Under the pieces are notes generated by a model, which was not told where the DNA came from, made no database searches, and worked only from the letters and a program-made list of their open reading frames with translations. From an uncultured virus (IMG/VR IMGVR_UViG_3300023109_001645) (lineage: Duplodnaviria; Heunggongvirae; Uroviricota; Caudoviricetes), in the IMG/VR virus record IMGVR_UViG_3300023109_001645: 57,670 nucleotides of DNA; one strand, given 5' to 3'. The translations under genes and the position numbers were made by a program. Shown one piece after another: positions 15,201-23,299 of the stretch (position 1 is the stretch's first letter; every line of letters begins with the position of its first letter).

Positions 15201-18200
15201 GATTGGATGTTTAAAACTAGTTTTGTAAAAGCTAAACATAATAGAGAATCGTTAAATCAAAAAGATATAACATTTAATAACGACAATCTTGCAAGCTATC
15301 AAGATTTTGTAGAAGAGTTTAAACCGTATTCAACTAAAGTTAGAGAATTTGTTAGTGAATACAATGCGATTGATCCTACGAATAGTAGTGTTAGTGATTT
15401 TGATCTTCCTCCAGTTTACGATCTTGAAAGTAAAACTATTCAGCCTAGTAAAGCAATTATTAATAATGGCAGCATTGAAAAACAAAATTTAGATACTAGC
15501 ATCTATCCACGCAAGAATTGGAGAGATAATTACGGTTATGAAATAACTGAAATACAAATCGGCGACAGTGGCAGCGGATTTACATTCGAGCCAGTAGTTA
15601 CACTAGTTGGAGGCGGCGGTACAGGAGCTAAAGCCAAAGCTTATTTAGGATACGGAAAAATTACTAGTATTAAAGTAACATATCCAGGTAGTGGTTACAC
15701 TAGTGCGCCAACTGTTGTGATCTCAGGGTCACAAACAGAAACAGGAACTACAGCAAAAGCAACAGCAGTATTAGGCAATGGTGTTGTAAGAAGTCCACTT
15801 GTTAAAATTAAGTTTGATAGAATAAGCGGAACATTTACTTTTGATACTCTTGCTAAAGTAGAAACATTTACAGGAACTGGATTTGAAAACAGATTCTTCC
15901 TCGAATGGCCAATGAATCTAGATAACAAAAAAGTTAATGTATATGTAGATAATATTCTACAATTGCGCAGCAAATATACATATGAAAATATTAAAAATAC
16001 TGACAAAACTTATGTTAGAGATCAAGGAAAAGTATTATTTACAAAACCGCCTAAATTAAATTCAGTTATTCGTATTGAATATAATATTCCACTGAGTATG
16101 CTAACTGCTGAGGATAGAATTAAATTTGCATATAATCCAATTGCAGGAATGTATGGTAAAGATTTAGCACAATTAATGTCTGGAGTTGATTATGGCGGAG
16201 TTGAAGTACGTAGCTTCGATTTTGATGGTCCTGCAGGGTTTGATACAGCTCCGTGGTATACTGATAATTGGGACGAATTTGATAGTACATTTGAAGATGA
16301 AGTATTTACAGCAGACGGCAGTACGATTGCGGTACAGTTAAGTGCTCCGTTAGAAAGCGGTGTTGTTTATAACCTTTATAAGAACGGTGTAAGAATTGAC
16401 GATCCTAACTTTATTGCAGGCACTCCTACTAACGTAAATGCAATTACAAATAGTATTACAGGTGACGGTGTAACTGATGTAGTTTACGTACAGGATTTAG
16501 AAATAGAGTTGTTAGACGGCGATGTGTTTGTTGTAAGAAAAACTACAAGTGATGGTAGTGTACAACCTGATCAAAATAGTTATGATACTGCACTTAGTGG
16601 TGGCAACCTAGCATATACTTCTGCTAGAGGTATATCTGCTGAAGAAATTATTGTTGATGGTGACGGATTTGTTACACCTACTACATCTAGTGGTCCTGAA
16701 GAAGTTGTTCCTGGACAAATTCTTGACACACTTGATATCAAAGTTTATACAAGAGATGGCGAAGGACAAGGAGTAATTAACAGTCAAAGTTATATTATGG
16801 ATAATACTGTAACTTATGATTTAGGAATTAATCCAAATAGTAGCGATGCAATCATTGTAAAAGTTAACAATGTTGTAATTCCAAAAACTGATTATACAGT
16901 TAATTGGGCTTCTAATACTGTAACACTAGACACAGCAACAGTAGGAGCAGAACTTAACATTGTAACAGTTGCACAAGGAACACAAAATATATTAGATTTT
17001 GGAAAATTTGTTGGCGATGGATCCACAACTGAATTTGAAACAACAGTTGATTGGGAATTAAATACTACTGTTTATGCTAGTATTAACGGCGTACAACAAA
17101 CTGTTGTAGCATTTGAATCTGAGACAACTTCAAAAACTGTTATTAGATTTGACGAAGTCGTTGCAGACGCAGCAATTATTAATTATACTGTGTTCTCAGC
17201 AGATGAGCAAGTTAATTATAGCCAAATTACTAAAGATGAATTTACAGGTGACGGAACAAATGCTGTATTTACATTAGGTAGCGCACCATTATATGCTACT
17301 CCAACTGAGCATAATACAATTGTTAAAGTAGATGGTAAAATACTAACTCCAGGCTACAATATACAGTATACTATTCCTCAAAATACTCAAAGAGAATTTT
17401 CGTTACAAACATTCCAAATGCCATCAGGAAGTATAGCGGTTTCAGATCTTAAAATATTCCTTAATGGAGCAGAAATTTTTACTCCATTGAATTGGAGATT
17501 TGAACTTACAAATAGTAGTATTATTCTTACAGATGATACAGGTGTACCAGGCGACTTGTTAGAAATGTATGTTATTACTGATGGCGACTACAGAATTAAT
17601 AATAATACTATAACATTAGATACAGCGCCTGAAAATAACGCAAAGATTGAAGTAATACAATTTACTAATCATGATATATTAGGCATCGAACGTATTAACT
17701 ATGATGTAGTATCGAGAACTACATTAATACCTGAGGATGTTGACACTGTTACTTATAATAGACTAACAGTTGGTGAAATTACTCTACGTAAACCGGCTGT
17801 TGATGCACAGTATGTTTGGGTAAGTGTAAACGGAGAGTTATTGTCTCCTAGTGTAGATTATTATGTTAGTAACGACAAGTTAAAAGTTCAATTGGTTAAA
17901 CAACCAGCTGCTAATGATGTTATTGATATAATACATTTTACTGCTACTGTACGTAAATCTAAATTTGCATATAGACAGTTTAAAGATATGTTAAATAGAA
18001 CACATTTTAAACGCTTAGATAAAAGTTCTAGTAAATTGTTGCAGCCATTAAATTATTATGATTTAAGGATTGAATTGGAAAATGCAAGCACACTATCAGA
18101 ACCAAACAAAGGACAAAATTTGCCTGGAGTAATATTTATTGAAGGCGAGCGTATTGAATATTTTGTTAAAGAAGAAAATACTTTACGTCAACTTCGTAGA

Positions 18201-18659
18201 GGCACACTAGGTACTGGTGTTAAAAATATGTATGCAGCAGATACAAAAGTGTTTGATCAAAATATAAGTAAAACTGTTCCGTATAAGGATAATACATTAA
18301 CATATAATGCAACCGCAGACGGTCTTACAGCAACGTTTGAGATTGGTTACCCAGTAGCATCAATTAATGAAATTGAAGTGTTTGTGGGCGGTGTGCGTAT
18401 GCGTAAGGCATCACTAGATGTGTTTAACTATGCAACTGCATTAGATAGTCCAGAAGGCGACAGTGTAGTAGCAGCAGATTTTACATTCGATGCAGCTACA
18501 AATGAAATAACATTATTAGCAACACCAGCAGATGATACAAAAGTAACAGTAGTCAAAAAAGTAGGACAAAGCTGGACAACTTTCGGAGAATCATTGGGTG
18601 ATACAGAAAATAGTATTGCAAGATTCTTACGTGCAGGAACATCTGAGCTACCTGAATAA
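3222..18659 (+). CDS. Giant (5145 aa) virion baseplate/adhesin protein with gp7-like GxGY repeats, beta-propeller blades, CBM-like repeats and FxGDG repeats
   Basis: Single uninterrupted ORF coupled to the upstream gene by TAATG. Motifs include IIDSGRGYKVAP, YPGSGYTSAPTV, FGSSVAVSPDGEYLIAG, WKDYSIGDIVKY and FVGDGSTTEF. Confidence 0.8.
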   Translation: MAKNDQNESALPVPGQNNKITASDFLPKFFRTQANKKFLQGTLDQLIQPGVAEKINGYYGRTTAKAYKTSDNYVDDVTNDRTNYQLEPATVIKDVYDNVTFYKDYNDYIGQLGVFGANTENHSRLNSQETYAWNPNIDWDKFVNFREYYWMPNGPVSIPVRGQSRDIVSTYTVTTEDQGDSVAYVFNDGLTRNPNLKLYRGQTYRFEIDAPGHPIAIAISRTFTPGTAILTAGSEGLRAQGLFDAVLYGNEYDQGEFIILPSGGSVTFADDDNVSTLYPDGIRKLGEEGEEVAIAYIEKGTIEFTIPMNAPDRLYYISKNAVDTSGQMRIYDIEENSFLDVGNEILGKKTYLSANGVQLSNGMKIKFQGDVLPTEYETNNWYVEGVGDKIKLVKDQDLTIPAAYSDTKRVAFDSDNFDTLPFGDASAYATKKDYVVVNRATPDRNAWSRYNRWHHRDVIQQSFDLNHLPRDLDESTRAKRPIIEFEAGLKLNNFGAVAKKDVDLIDTFTTDVFSSIEGQSGYNIDGINLADNMRILFTADTDVLVAGKIYQVKFVEINNTRQISLVETEDTTPIDLETVLVTQGVKNSGKSYHYHDNVWLPAQEKTTQNQAPLFEVCDTNKNSFSDTKFYPATSFKGTKVFSYAQGEGTIDNELGFALEYKSINNTGDIVFNFNLLNDTFTYQTEADIFEQKINNGYLKKYTSLTNFNYVNGFSSTPTISKQFVVREYSATDTKVNNFAIDVYNKSSSITDLKVAVFVNNKLQSNDDYTVDKTNENATIIFAKDLTVNDVIKIKTDSKTIKNSNGYYEFPYNLERNPLNDDINQFTLGEVIDHVDSMLEDIPNYSGKFLGTSNLRDLGELDHYGKRFVKHSGPINLPLYHVTTKTNNIIKALKYSKKEYSRFKKTFLDTASTLGYDGPIKEHVDLILKTINNDKVKSQPFYFSDMVATGKANKIEYTVLDIRTTEYPLTSAFNLDKLSVKSVLVYLEGLLLTHGKDYNFNVSGYITIDAQQQEGDKIEIYEYENTDGSFIAPTPTKLGLYPKYYPELTIDDTLIQDEPELSGPFKVYGEDTVTGDRGWFYPVYTTKSDAGRGNASNSYTFVGMNKLFYIPATGATLAGNDDIEVDEYPIGAAFIRGHDGSYVKAYKDFRDELLLELEKRIFNNIKAEYSTDRMDVNSFIGGEFRTNEFTKTEINNTLLGDFQKWLLDNLNNPNYTDNTFYDKNNNFTFNYSDTFSPNNSKNLGFWRGIYKDAFDTDRPHSHPWEMLGLSTKPSWWNTVYGPAPYTGDNLVLWKDLEAGKIADPDNTRIDIKYARPGLSNYIPVSSSGKLLSPLDSGYIIDFNIQSTTRNFAFGDHTPYENSWRRSSEYPFAVLTAMVLNKPAKTMGLGFDTSRITKNLANQWIDASTNKPVVLKDLNFPNTAESDARINTSGLVNYIYNLLASDILKVYNDYKLDITQITNQIGIKIAGFTSKEKFNLILDSRSPTQSLTQDGIFVPQENYQVFLNTSSPQELSVYSGIVAERTQLGYVLRGYNLEKPYFEYYQTQAGSSFSVVNVGGISEKVVPWDSNTSYINGEVILHNNTYYRVINSFTSGISFTLDDIVKIPKLPVKGGISAEFKKDFDTTTVKKLQYGTRLDTAQDVVDFILGYNVRQKEIGFSFENVIEGSNSVENWNSSAKEFLFWTTQGWANNSLIALSPAASLLEFERDYYVVDNIKDEFYGYNIFKADGLFLDSEFNSLLRDQNSFGIETVGTEEGLYHVALPLVQKEHVVLLDNTTDFNDTIYNPSTGYRQERIRVNGYRSDNWNGGLNIPGFIYDDATFTDWTQWKDYSIGDIVKYKQYYYVATNNQSGAQNFNANNWYQLSEKPQSQLMTNFDYKVTQFTDFYDLDSDSFDISQQETAQLLIGYQKRQYLANIINDDVSQFKFYRGAIADKGTMNVFTKLFDALGNTTDNLEFYEEWAIQVGRYGAVDDVQQIEYNLKQDKMQESPQAIELVNTLPATNFDKIYRILPNEVFDKPADYNHAPFPTKTIETEYIKTSGYTNENDVDFIVSNLIDLSSIDANQISLGDTIWVTDTDNNSWSVMQLIKANTNANSLNTNITELSDDNLKLVEITLDKWANGLFSAGDYISVRGSQAYGLNGIYEINSTNLNTVRIKVLLDNEIKDFLEEQFIVSKLRTIRIDNIAAANNATNQDIYDNQKLWIDKYDSEWAVLENKAVYLNSQIITNPSEYDSTDQGFSDSVAVTQNNNNVFVAASNDKNGKISVYRRTREQSNLILDQEITIDNDLFNNVDSNFGSSVAVSPDGEYLIAGIPQASDVKTRLSYKTDAATGQSTFDFQPDATYVKSDIVRYRESLWKVNREILPEIANQPFSTFDTYVNIASSADTDSTELTLLVAGNPGLPNSTTNHLLVRAPKDMYIGTKIGDTVNLFWNQRSYAYPTLENFLPFDGNIPQITGDVISQSHTIVEKIDHVFLINTFVSLPQVGNIVTTDTGSAEVAYVSSLRDSAVVYVKNTNGVFNVTGELFINELDFVGFYSEEETVATTDAVAGFWMVNIGFDYPNNSTYYDPGRGLVYSDVKLQDSVRDLNVYYNIQNTVGSIGTFVTEKNRASYIENLSYRGDPAGADAIAGVERDLLSNKFVVRAGKTFSDGLTIGDTTEFRLYNLDNRIIDLEATGFTYSMLNKQQTIADLWDGYINLELNEFDFAGFAFEPQVGDILEDVQVPRDGAGGLALTSITTSSAEVMFIKRNFNDVKVYLKILTGEWTEQSNIGRFNIRRKANIALRGATDADRVIGVVNDVNNDIVLGTSLVGKLVVFNADSNFSVVETPAILEEEYWFFDETTESGIRRFANPPYSLNKDYTQIYNVPADKVGPSATLPNEGAVAIYRRLRDGTYRFQNMLVSEYRAANRHFGSKVSITQVGSYYTLLVGTDSVVSANETDSTGRRIHPGSIEIFRHGTTPTDNFRGEYQLRAYSIGDIVIYKDDYYLCRKATTSIQNVILDPIYWTNISWKHGKDSNYRGVFDNTYTYKKDNVVVQDNALWRAVTNIATGAAIPSSSNNSWTSISTDVDYVGYLPNLTANAFYNEDVFDPIENILEFSKSFDISNDAQVLVVTSQQSDVTSTTNIKLAIYRAVGDQFQIDQIISAPDNVTSWADKVAINPKGTQIAISSMLVDTNKINQGVVYIYTQTNGTFVLTQTLTPPQNEESEGFGFGLDFGTDNLVVSSLNGDQTIPTTFDIHSKLLDPQPKVGEDEDGNPILAKYVLDNTSENSTVVTTFDNNFTNFANIKLDKGVVYIYESVRDNLIYSEQFVYPLTQTTFGENIYANDNHVYIGMPDQLLGDSTKGQLIDFRKNKGVFAWNVISEGITPVDVDNIRGAFLYNKRKNQIVSYIDYIDPVQGKIAGPADQEITFKTPYDPAVYNTGNISDSSVDPNRTWTDKHVGQVWWNISSAKFTHAYQSSTTFQKNNWNKLAPGSRIDVYEWIESNFIPSIRDSIADTPDGIANGISGTSLFSDTRYSTKVIYDEISKTFSNKYFFWVVNSTVIPVMENRKLSIRDITALIENPRTQGYPFISLLSKNKFVLNNFDTFVDNDDLVLNIKYSTGPKKTQNLHSQYKLISDGLSASKPDPDIERKWFDSLIGFDTNERIVPDPTITVKNRYGIQNRPRQSMFVNRFEALKQTIERINLRLSENLVVDEYDISSLSQKDNQPTLLTREYDLVIDTLADLTFVSTNKISPARLEPVITNGRISRINIIDSGRGYKVAPVFKINGEGTDAEFETTINNLGQIISINAINEGSGYDANTSITVRPFTVLIRADESIQNKWALYSWNGTEWYRRKLQSYNVELYWDYADWYATGYNQFTNINDTIKSSYQLPSLENNINDTVKIETVGSGGWVLLRKINNIDTEDYTINYETIGRENGTIKFKDTLYDYGKNTVGFDNRSFDSSFYDNNPSVELRIILEAIRDNIFVGKLEIEYNQLFMAALRYVMTEQQSVDWMFKTSFVKAKHNRESLNQKDITFNNDNLASYQDFVEEFKPYSTKVREFVSEYNAIDPTNSSVSDFDLPPVYDLESKTIQPSKAIINNGSIEKQNLDTSIYPRKNWRDNYGYEITEIQIGDSGSGFTFEPVVTLVGGGGTGAKAKAYLGYGKITSIKVTYPGSGYTSAPTVVISGSQTETGTTAKATAVLGNGVVRSPLVKIKFDRISGTFTFDTLAKVETFTGTGFENRFFLEWPMNLDNKKVNVYVDNILQLRSKYTYENIKNTDKTYVRDQGKVLFTKPPKLNSVIRIEYNIPLSMLTAEDRIKFAYNPIAGMYGKDLAQLMSGVDYGGVEVRSFDFDGPAGFDTAPWYTDNWDEFDSTFEDEVFTADGSTIAVQLSAPLESGVVYNLYKNGVRIDDPNFIAGTPTNVNAITNSITGDGVTDVVYVQDLEIELLDGDVFVVRKTTSDGSVQPDQNSYDTALSGGNLAYTSARGISAEEIIVDGDGFVTPTTSSGPEEVVPGQILDTLDIKVYTRDGEGQGVINSQSYIMDNTVTYDLGINPNSSDAIIVKVNNVVIPKTDYTVNWASNTVTLDTATVGAELNIVTVAQGTQNILDFGKFVGDGSTTEFETTVDWELNTTVYASINGVQQTVVAFESETTSKTVIRFDEVVADAAIINYTVFSADEQVNYSQITKDEFTGDGTNAVFTLGSAPLYATPTEHNTIVKVDGKILTPGYNIQYTIPQNTQREFSLQTFQMPSGSIAVSDLKIFLNGAEIFTPLNWRFELTNSSIILTDDTGVPGDLLEMYVITDGDYRINNNTITLDTAPENNAKIEVIQFTNHDILGIERINYDVVSRTTLIPEDVDTVTYNRLTVGEITLRKPAVDAQYVWVSVNGELLSPSVDYYVSNDKLKVQLVKQPAANDVIDIIHFTATVRKSKFAYRQFKDMLNRTHFKRLDKSSSKLLQPLNYYDLRIELENASTLSEPNKGQNLPGVIFIEGERIEYFVKEENTLRQLRRGTLGTGVKNMYAADTKVFDQNISKTVPYKDNTLTYNATADGLTATFEIGYPVASINEIEVFVGGVRMRKASLDVFNYATALDSPEGDSVVAADFTFDAATNEITLLATPADDTKVTVVKKVGQSWTTFGESLGDTENSIARFLRAGTSELPE

Positions 18660-18662
18660 ATA
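18656..18662 (+). promoter_or_regulatory. T4-like late promoter box (ATAAATA)
   Basis: ATAAATA overlaps the stop of the giant gene, 17 nt before the next ATG. The same box recurs in the gaps at 23265, 25739 and 32540. Confidence 0.65.
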
Positions 18663-18679
18663 CAGTATAGGAAAAATAA

Positions 18680-19282
18680 ATGAGCGATAACATGCAAGAC
18701 ACAAACGGAGTACTGGTTCAAGGACATATTAAAATATTTGATCCTGAATCACAGAAGGTATACATTAACAAGCGTAATGCAATTCATTATGAAAACATGA
18801 GTATTGCACTTGCTGAAAGTCTAGCAAATGCCGGACAAGGATTTATATATGAAATGAGCTTCGGAAACGGCGGTACAAGCGTTGATCCAACAGGCGTTAT
18901 TACATACTTAACACCAAACAGCACAGGCACAAACGCAAGTCTATACAACCAAACCTATACTAAGGTTGTTGATGACAGAAGTGTAAACAACACAGATCCT
19001 GCAAGAAATAAACTAGAAACTAGACATGTTAGCGGCACCAACTACACTGATATTGTTGTTAGTTGTTTGTTAGACTACGGTGAACCAAACGGTCAAGATG
19101 CATTTGATACTGCAAGTGCAACTGATAGTCCTTATGTTTTTGATGAATTAGGGTTGCGCAGTTATAGTACAGATGGAACTGGACGATTAATTACACATGT
19201 TATTTTCCACCCAGTACAAAAGTCGCTCAACAGATTAATACAAATTGATTATACAGTGCGTGTACAGAGTTTAGCAGGATAA
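18680..19282 (+). CDS. Probable virion structural (baseplate/tail) protein
   Basis: 200-aa beta-rich ORF (FDELGL...THVIFHPVQKSLNRLIQIDYTVR) lying between the baseplate and fibre genes. Confidence 0.6.
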   Translation: MSDNMQDTNGVLVQGHIKIFDPESQKVYINKRNAIHYENMSIALAESLANAGQGFIYEMSFGNGGTSVDPTGVITYLTPNSTGTNASLYNQTYTKVVDDRSVNNTDPARNKLETRHVSGTNYTDIVVSCLLDYGEPNGQDAFDTASATDSPYVFDELGLRSYSTDGTGRLITHVIFHPVQKSLNRLIQIDYTVRVQSLAG

Positions 19283-19292
19283 GGAATAAAAT

Positions 19293-21347
19293 ATGCCATA
19301 TACAATAAACTATACTGACACTGTTAACAAAGGGACAATAACCGTTGTTGATAATACCCTTAATAATGAAACTACATTAAATTTTCCAGGTAGAGGAACA
19401 ACAGCATACGGTCAGGCAGTAAATGAAAACTTTTTACATTTACTAGAAAATTTTGCAAATACTACTGCACCAGAACGTCCAGTGGAAGGTCAACTATGGT
19501 ATGATTCTACACAAGGTGTAGATCAATTAAAAGTTTACGACGGAACCAACTGGGTAGCAAGTGGCGGACTAAAGAAAGCCAGTGCTGAACCAGCAGTAGC
19601 AAATTCAAGTGCAGGAGATCTGTGGGTTAACACAGAAAGTCAGCAATTGTACTTGTTTACAGGTAGTACATGGGTACTAGTTGGTCCAGATTTTAGTGAC
19701 GGTCTATTAACTGGTGCACAAGCACAAGCAATTGTAGGTACAGACGATATAACTTACAATGTTCTTGCAATTAAAGTTGAAGATCAGCCAGTAATTATTA
19801 TTAGTAGTCAAAGTTTTATTCCAAAGATTTCAATTAAAGGATTTAGAACAGGCATTAATCCTGGTATGAACATTGCAGACGAAGCAATTGTTGGTGTACA
19901 AGCATTAAAATATTATGGAATAGCTGAAAAAGCAGAAGGACTTGTTGTCGCTGGCACAACAGTACCAGCAAGTAACTTCCTAAGAGGAAATGCAGCAAGT
20001 AGTACAGATTTTCAACTTAGTGTTAAAAGTAATGATGGAGTTAAAATTGGAACCGGCGGACAATTAAGTTTAGGCATCGACGGCGAAACTGGAGTTATAC
20101 AGCATAACACTAGTGGTTCAAGTATTGACGTTAGAATGCGCAGCGGAAATTTAACACCAACGGTAGTAAGTATTAACAGCGACGGAAATACAGGATTTAA
20201 TAATAGTGCTCCAGAAGAAACAGTTGATATTAAGGGCAATCTTAAAATATCACCTAAAACTGGTGAAGCAGAAACTGGCGTAGTCACTATTACAAGCACA
20301 GAAAATTCTACATCAATTGGCACAGGTAGTATTACTACAACTGGCGGCGTAGGTATTGCACAAAATGCTTACATTGGCGGTGATGTTGATGTAGGAGGTA
20401 TCCTAATATCAGGAAATATTGCACCTGACTCCAATAGTACAAGAAATATCGGTACTTCGATTAACAAATATGATCAAATACATGCTACAACGTTTTTTGG
20501 TAATATTCAAGGTAACGTAAGTGGTACAGTAAGTGGAAGAGCAGGTAGTGCTGATAGGTTAGCTAGTGCTACTACTTTTGCATTAAGTGGCGATGTTCAG
20601 CCAAACAGTTTTGAATTTGATGGTCAGACAGGCGGCAGCACAAAAACATTTGCAGTTAGTATTGCTGACAGTTTTATAAGCAACAAAGATGTTACTTATG
20701 ATGCAGGCAATGCGGATGAGTTACTATTAAATGTAACCACAGGTGTAACAGGGGTTCGCAGAATTACAAAACGCAACTTCCTAAAAACAATTCCTCTAGT
20801 GCCAGCTGGTGCAATGATGCCATTTGGTGGATTAGACGCACCAACTGGTTGGTTATTATGCGACGGTAGTGAAATTAACAAGTCTGATTACAACGAATTA
20901 TGGATTGCCATACAACACAATTTTAAAGATGCTAGTTTAGTAAGCGACAATGGTGTAAACAAGTTTACATTACCTGATTTTAGAGGAAGATTTGCATTAG
21001 GACTAGACAATATGGGAGGCCCGGGTGCTAACCGTGTAACTGATATTGCAGCTGATGCAATTGGTGGAAACGCTGGCGCTGAATCGAAAACAATTAACAC
21101 TACTAACTTACCAGAACACGAACATGATTTAGAAGGCGAAAGCGGAACTCAGTTTTATGGTATTAGAGTAGGTGCTGGAGAACCAGTAGACGACAACGCT
21201 ATTGAACTTCCAATTGAGCCTGGATTAGGTGGAACACAAGGTATTGCTGCAAGTGGCGGGGTTAAAACTGAATCCTCCCTAGGAACACCAATAGATGTTA
21301 TGAATCCTTACTTAGCAGTCAATTATATTATCTATACTGGAGAATAA
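19293..21347 (+). CDS. Tail fibre protein with phage tail-collar domain (short-fibre-like)
   Basis: C-terminal VPAGAMMPFGG..APTGWLLCDGS...LPDFRGRF collar motif, HEH metal-site-like motif and terminal MNPYLAVNYII. Confidence 0.85.
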   Translation: MPYTINYTDTVNKGTITVVDNTLNNETTLNFPGRGTTAYGQAVNENFLHLLENFANTTAPERPVEGQLWYDSTQGVDQLKVYDGTNWVASGGLKKASAEPAVANSSAGDLWVNTESQQLYLFTGSTWVLVGPDFSDGLLTGAQAQAIVGTDDITYNVLAIKVEDQPVIIISSQSFIPKISIKGFRTGINPGMNIADEAIVGVQALKYYGIAEKAEGLVVAGTTVPASNFLRGNAASSTDFQLSVKSNDGVKIGTGGQLSLGIDGETGVIQHNTSGSSIDVRMRSGNLTPTVVSINSDGNTGFNNSAPEETVDIKGNLKISPKTGEAETGVVTITSTENSTSIGTGSITTTGGVGIAQNAYIGGDVDVGGILISGNIAPDSNSTRNIGTSINKYDQIHATTFFGNIQGNVSGTVSGRAGSADRLASATTFALSGDVQPNSFEFDGQTGGSTKTFAVSIADSFISNKDVTYDAGNADELLLNVTTGVTGVRRITKRNFLKTIPLVPAGAMMPFGGLDAPTGWLLCDGSEINKSDYNELWIAIQHNFKDASLVSDNGVNKFTLPDFRGRFALGLDNMGGPGANRVTDIAADAIGGNAGAESKTINTTNLPEHEHDLEGESGTQFYGIRVGAGEPVDDNAIELPIEPGLGGTQGIAASGGVKTESSLGTPIDVMNPYLAVNYIIYTGE

Positions 21348-21348
21348 C

Positions 21349-23256
21349 ATGAGTTACCAACTAAACAAAACAGACGGCACACTGCTACTGGACTTAATTG
21401 ATGGTCAAATTGATACAGCTAGTACCAATCTTACATTAGTTGGTAGAAATTATACTGGTTACGGTGAAGCATTTAATGAAAATTTTATTAAATTACTTGA
21501 AAATTTTAGCAACACTGCTGCTCCTAGCAATCCACTAACAGGACAGCTATGGTGGGATAGCACAGATCAACGTTTAAAAGTATATGACGGAAGTGTATGG
21601 AAATCAAGTGGTGGCCCAATTGTACAAAATACTCGCCCGCAAATGGTTGCAGGTGATTTATGGATTGATAATCTAAATAACCAAGTATATGCATTTGATG
21701 GCACAGACTTAATGCTAATGGGTCCGCAATACACAGAATCACAAGGCAAGAGTGGATTTGAAATAGGTAGTATACTTGACTCTCAAAGTAGATCACGTAC
21801 AGTTGTAAATTTATATGTCGGCGGAACACTTTCGGCAGTAATCAGTAACATTGAATTTACCCCTCAATATGCACAAAGAGTTCTAGGATTAGTTACAGCA
21901 GATAATCCAGATGGTATTATTAAAATAGGTTACAATATTGTCGATACTAATAATTTTAAATATAGAGGCATTGCAGATTCTGCTAACGCACTTGTTACAG
22001 AAGGCGGCATTGTTAGAACAGCTGACAGTTTCCTTCCATCGACAGCAAATGGTATTACAACTGGTACACTAACAATTCAAAACTCAGGTGGTTTAACAAT
22101 TGGCCTGTCACAAAACAATGTACAAAAAGTTGTTGGTCCACGTTTTTATATTGAAAACCAACTTACAGATCATGATTTAAGTTTGCGTGTTAAGTCAAGT
22201 ACATTTGGTGCTATTTCAGTAGATGCAATCTATGTGGATGCAAGTGCAGCACGAGTTGGTATATTTACAACAAACAGATTACCTGCTTATACATTAGATG
22301 TTGAAGGCGATTTAAGAGTTACCGGCGATTTAATTGTTGAAGGTGATAGAGTTGCCTTAGATGTTCAAACACTACGAGTTGAAGATAAAATTATTGAAAT
22401 TGGTGTATTAAATGATAGTACAGAATTAACAGACGCCCAAGCAGATAGTTCAGGAATACAAGTTAACAGCAGCGCAGGAAGCAAAGACATACTTTGGAAA
22501 ACTGCTACAAATGCGTTTACGTCTAATGTAAACTTTGATCTACTCAACAGTAGTACAAGTTATAAAATTGGCGGAGTTGACAAACTTACTAACGATAGTT
22601 TAACCAATGTAACCAAAGCACTTGATTTAGATCAAATTGGCACACTAACTATATTGCAAGTAGACGAGATTAATGTTAACGGCAAAACCATTAGTTCGAC
22701 TAATGATATGGCAATAATATCTACTAATGGTATTGCAATTACAGCAGGAAACGATATTAATATTACTGATTCACAAAAAATTACCGGCGTAGGTAAAGCA
22801 ATCAGTTCAAGAGAAGCAACAAGGTTAGCAGTAACAGAATCGATAGACAGTACGGTTACAACAAAGGCATACGTAGATCAAGAAATAGCCACAGATCCAG
22901 TAGTATTCAGTATGGATATTACAGGCATGGGAACAGGAACTGCACTACAAAATGCATTAGCAGCATATTTAAATGATTTATATCCTGCTGCTACGTTAAA
23001 TTCTAATAAAACTGCACGTATACACACAACATCTTATGCAGGAGCAACAGTTGAAGGTGTTGATGTTGAAAGTGCAAAAAATGTAAGTTACATCTCAGTT
23101 GATAGTAACGGAACACAGAACGAATCAGTAGTACAAGACATTGTATTTGATGCAGGCGGCGCAAGTGGTAATGTTATCCTTACACCGGCAAGAGGATTAA
23201 TGACATATACTTCAAATGGAACAGCATGGAATTACCAGTCAACTACAGCGTACTAA
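21349..23256 (+). CDS. Tail fibre/baseplate protein, paralog of its neighbours
   Basis: Shares the N-terminal YG..NENF..LLENF...P..GQLW.D...LKVYDG domain with the ORFs at 19293 and 23300. Confidence 0.75.
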   Translation: MSYQLNKTDGTLLLDLIDGQIDTASTNLTLVGRNYTGYGEAFNENFIKLLENFSNTAAPSNPLTGQLWWDSTDQRLKVYDGSVWKSSGGPIVQNTRPQMVAGDLWIDNLNNQVYAFDGTDLMLMGPQYTESQGKSGFEIGSILDSQSRSRTVVNLYVGGTLSAVISNIEFTPQYAQRVLGLVTADNPDGIIKIGYNIVDTNNFKYRGIADSANALVTEGGIVRTADSFLPSTANGITTGTLTIQNSGGLTIGLSQNNVQKVVGPRFYIENQLTDHDLSLRVKSSTFGAISVDAIYVDASAARVGIFTTNRLPAYTLDVEGDLRVTGDLIVEGDRVALDVQTLRVEDKIIEIGVLNDSTELTDAQADSSGIQVNSSAGSKDILWKTATNAFTSNVNFDLLNSSTSYKIGGVDKLTNDSLTNVTKALDLDQIGTLTILQVDEINVNGKTISSTNDMAIISTNGIAITAGNDINITDSQKITGVGKAISSREATRLAVTESIDSTVTTKAYVDQEIATDPVVFSMDITGMGTGTALQNALAAYLNDLYPAATLNSNKTARIHTTSYAGATVEGVDVESAKNVSYISVDSNGTQNESVVQDIVFDAGGASGNVILTPARGLMTYTSNGTAWNYQSTTAY

Positions 23257-23264
23257 GAAAAACG

Positions 23265-23271
23265 ATAAATA
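23265..23271 (+). promoter_or_regulatory. T4-like late promoter box (ATAAATA)
   Basis: Intergenic ATAAATA followed by an AGGGG RBS-like sequence and the ATG at 23300. Confidence 0.65.
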
Positions 23272-23299
23272 ATATAATAGCACTAGGGGTTACATAATA

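Noticed and set aside
3222..18659. Intein, intron or stop-codon recoding as the explanation for the giant ORF
   Set aside because: No splice-junction or LAGLIDADG/HNH motifs were noticed, and TAA, TGA and TAG all terminate genes normally in the window.
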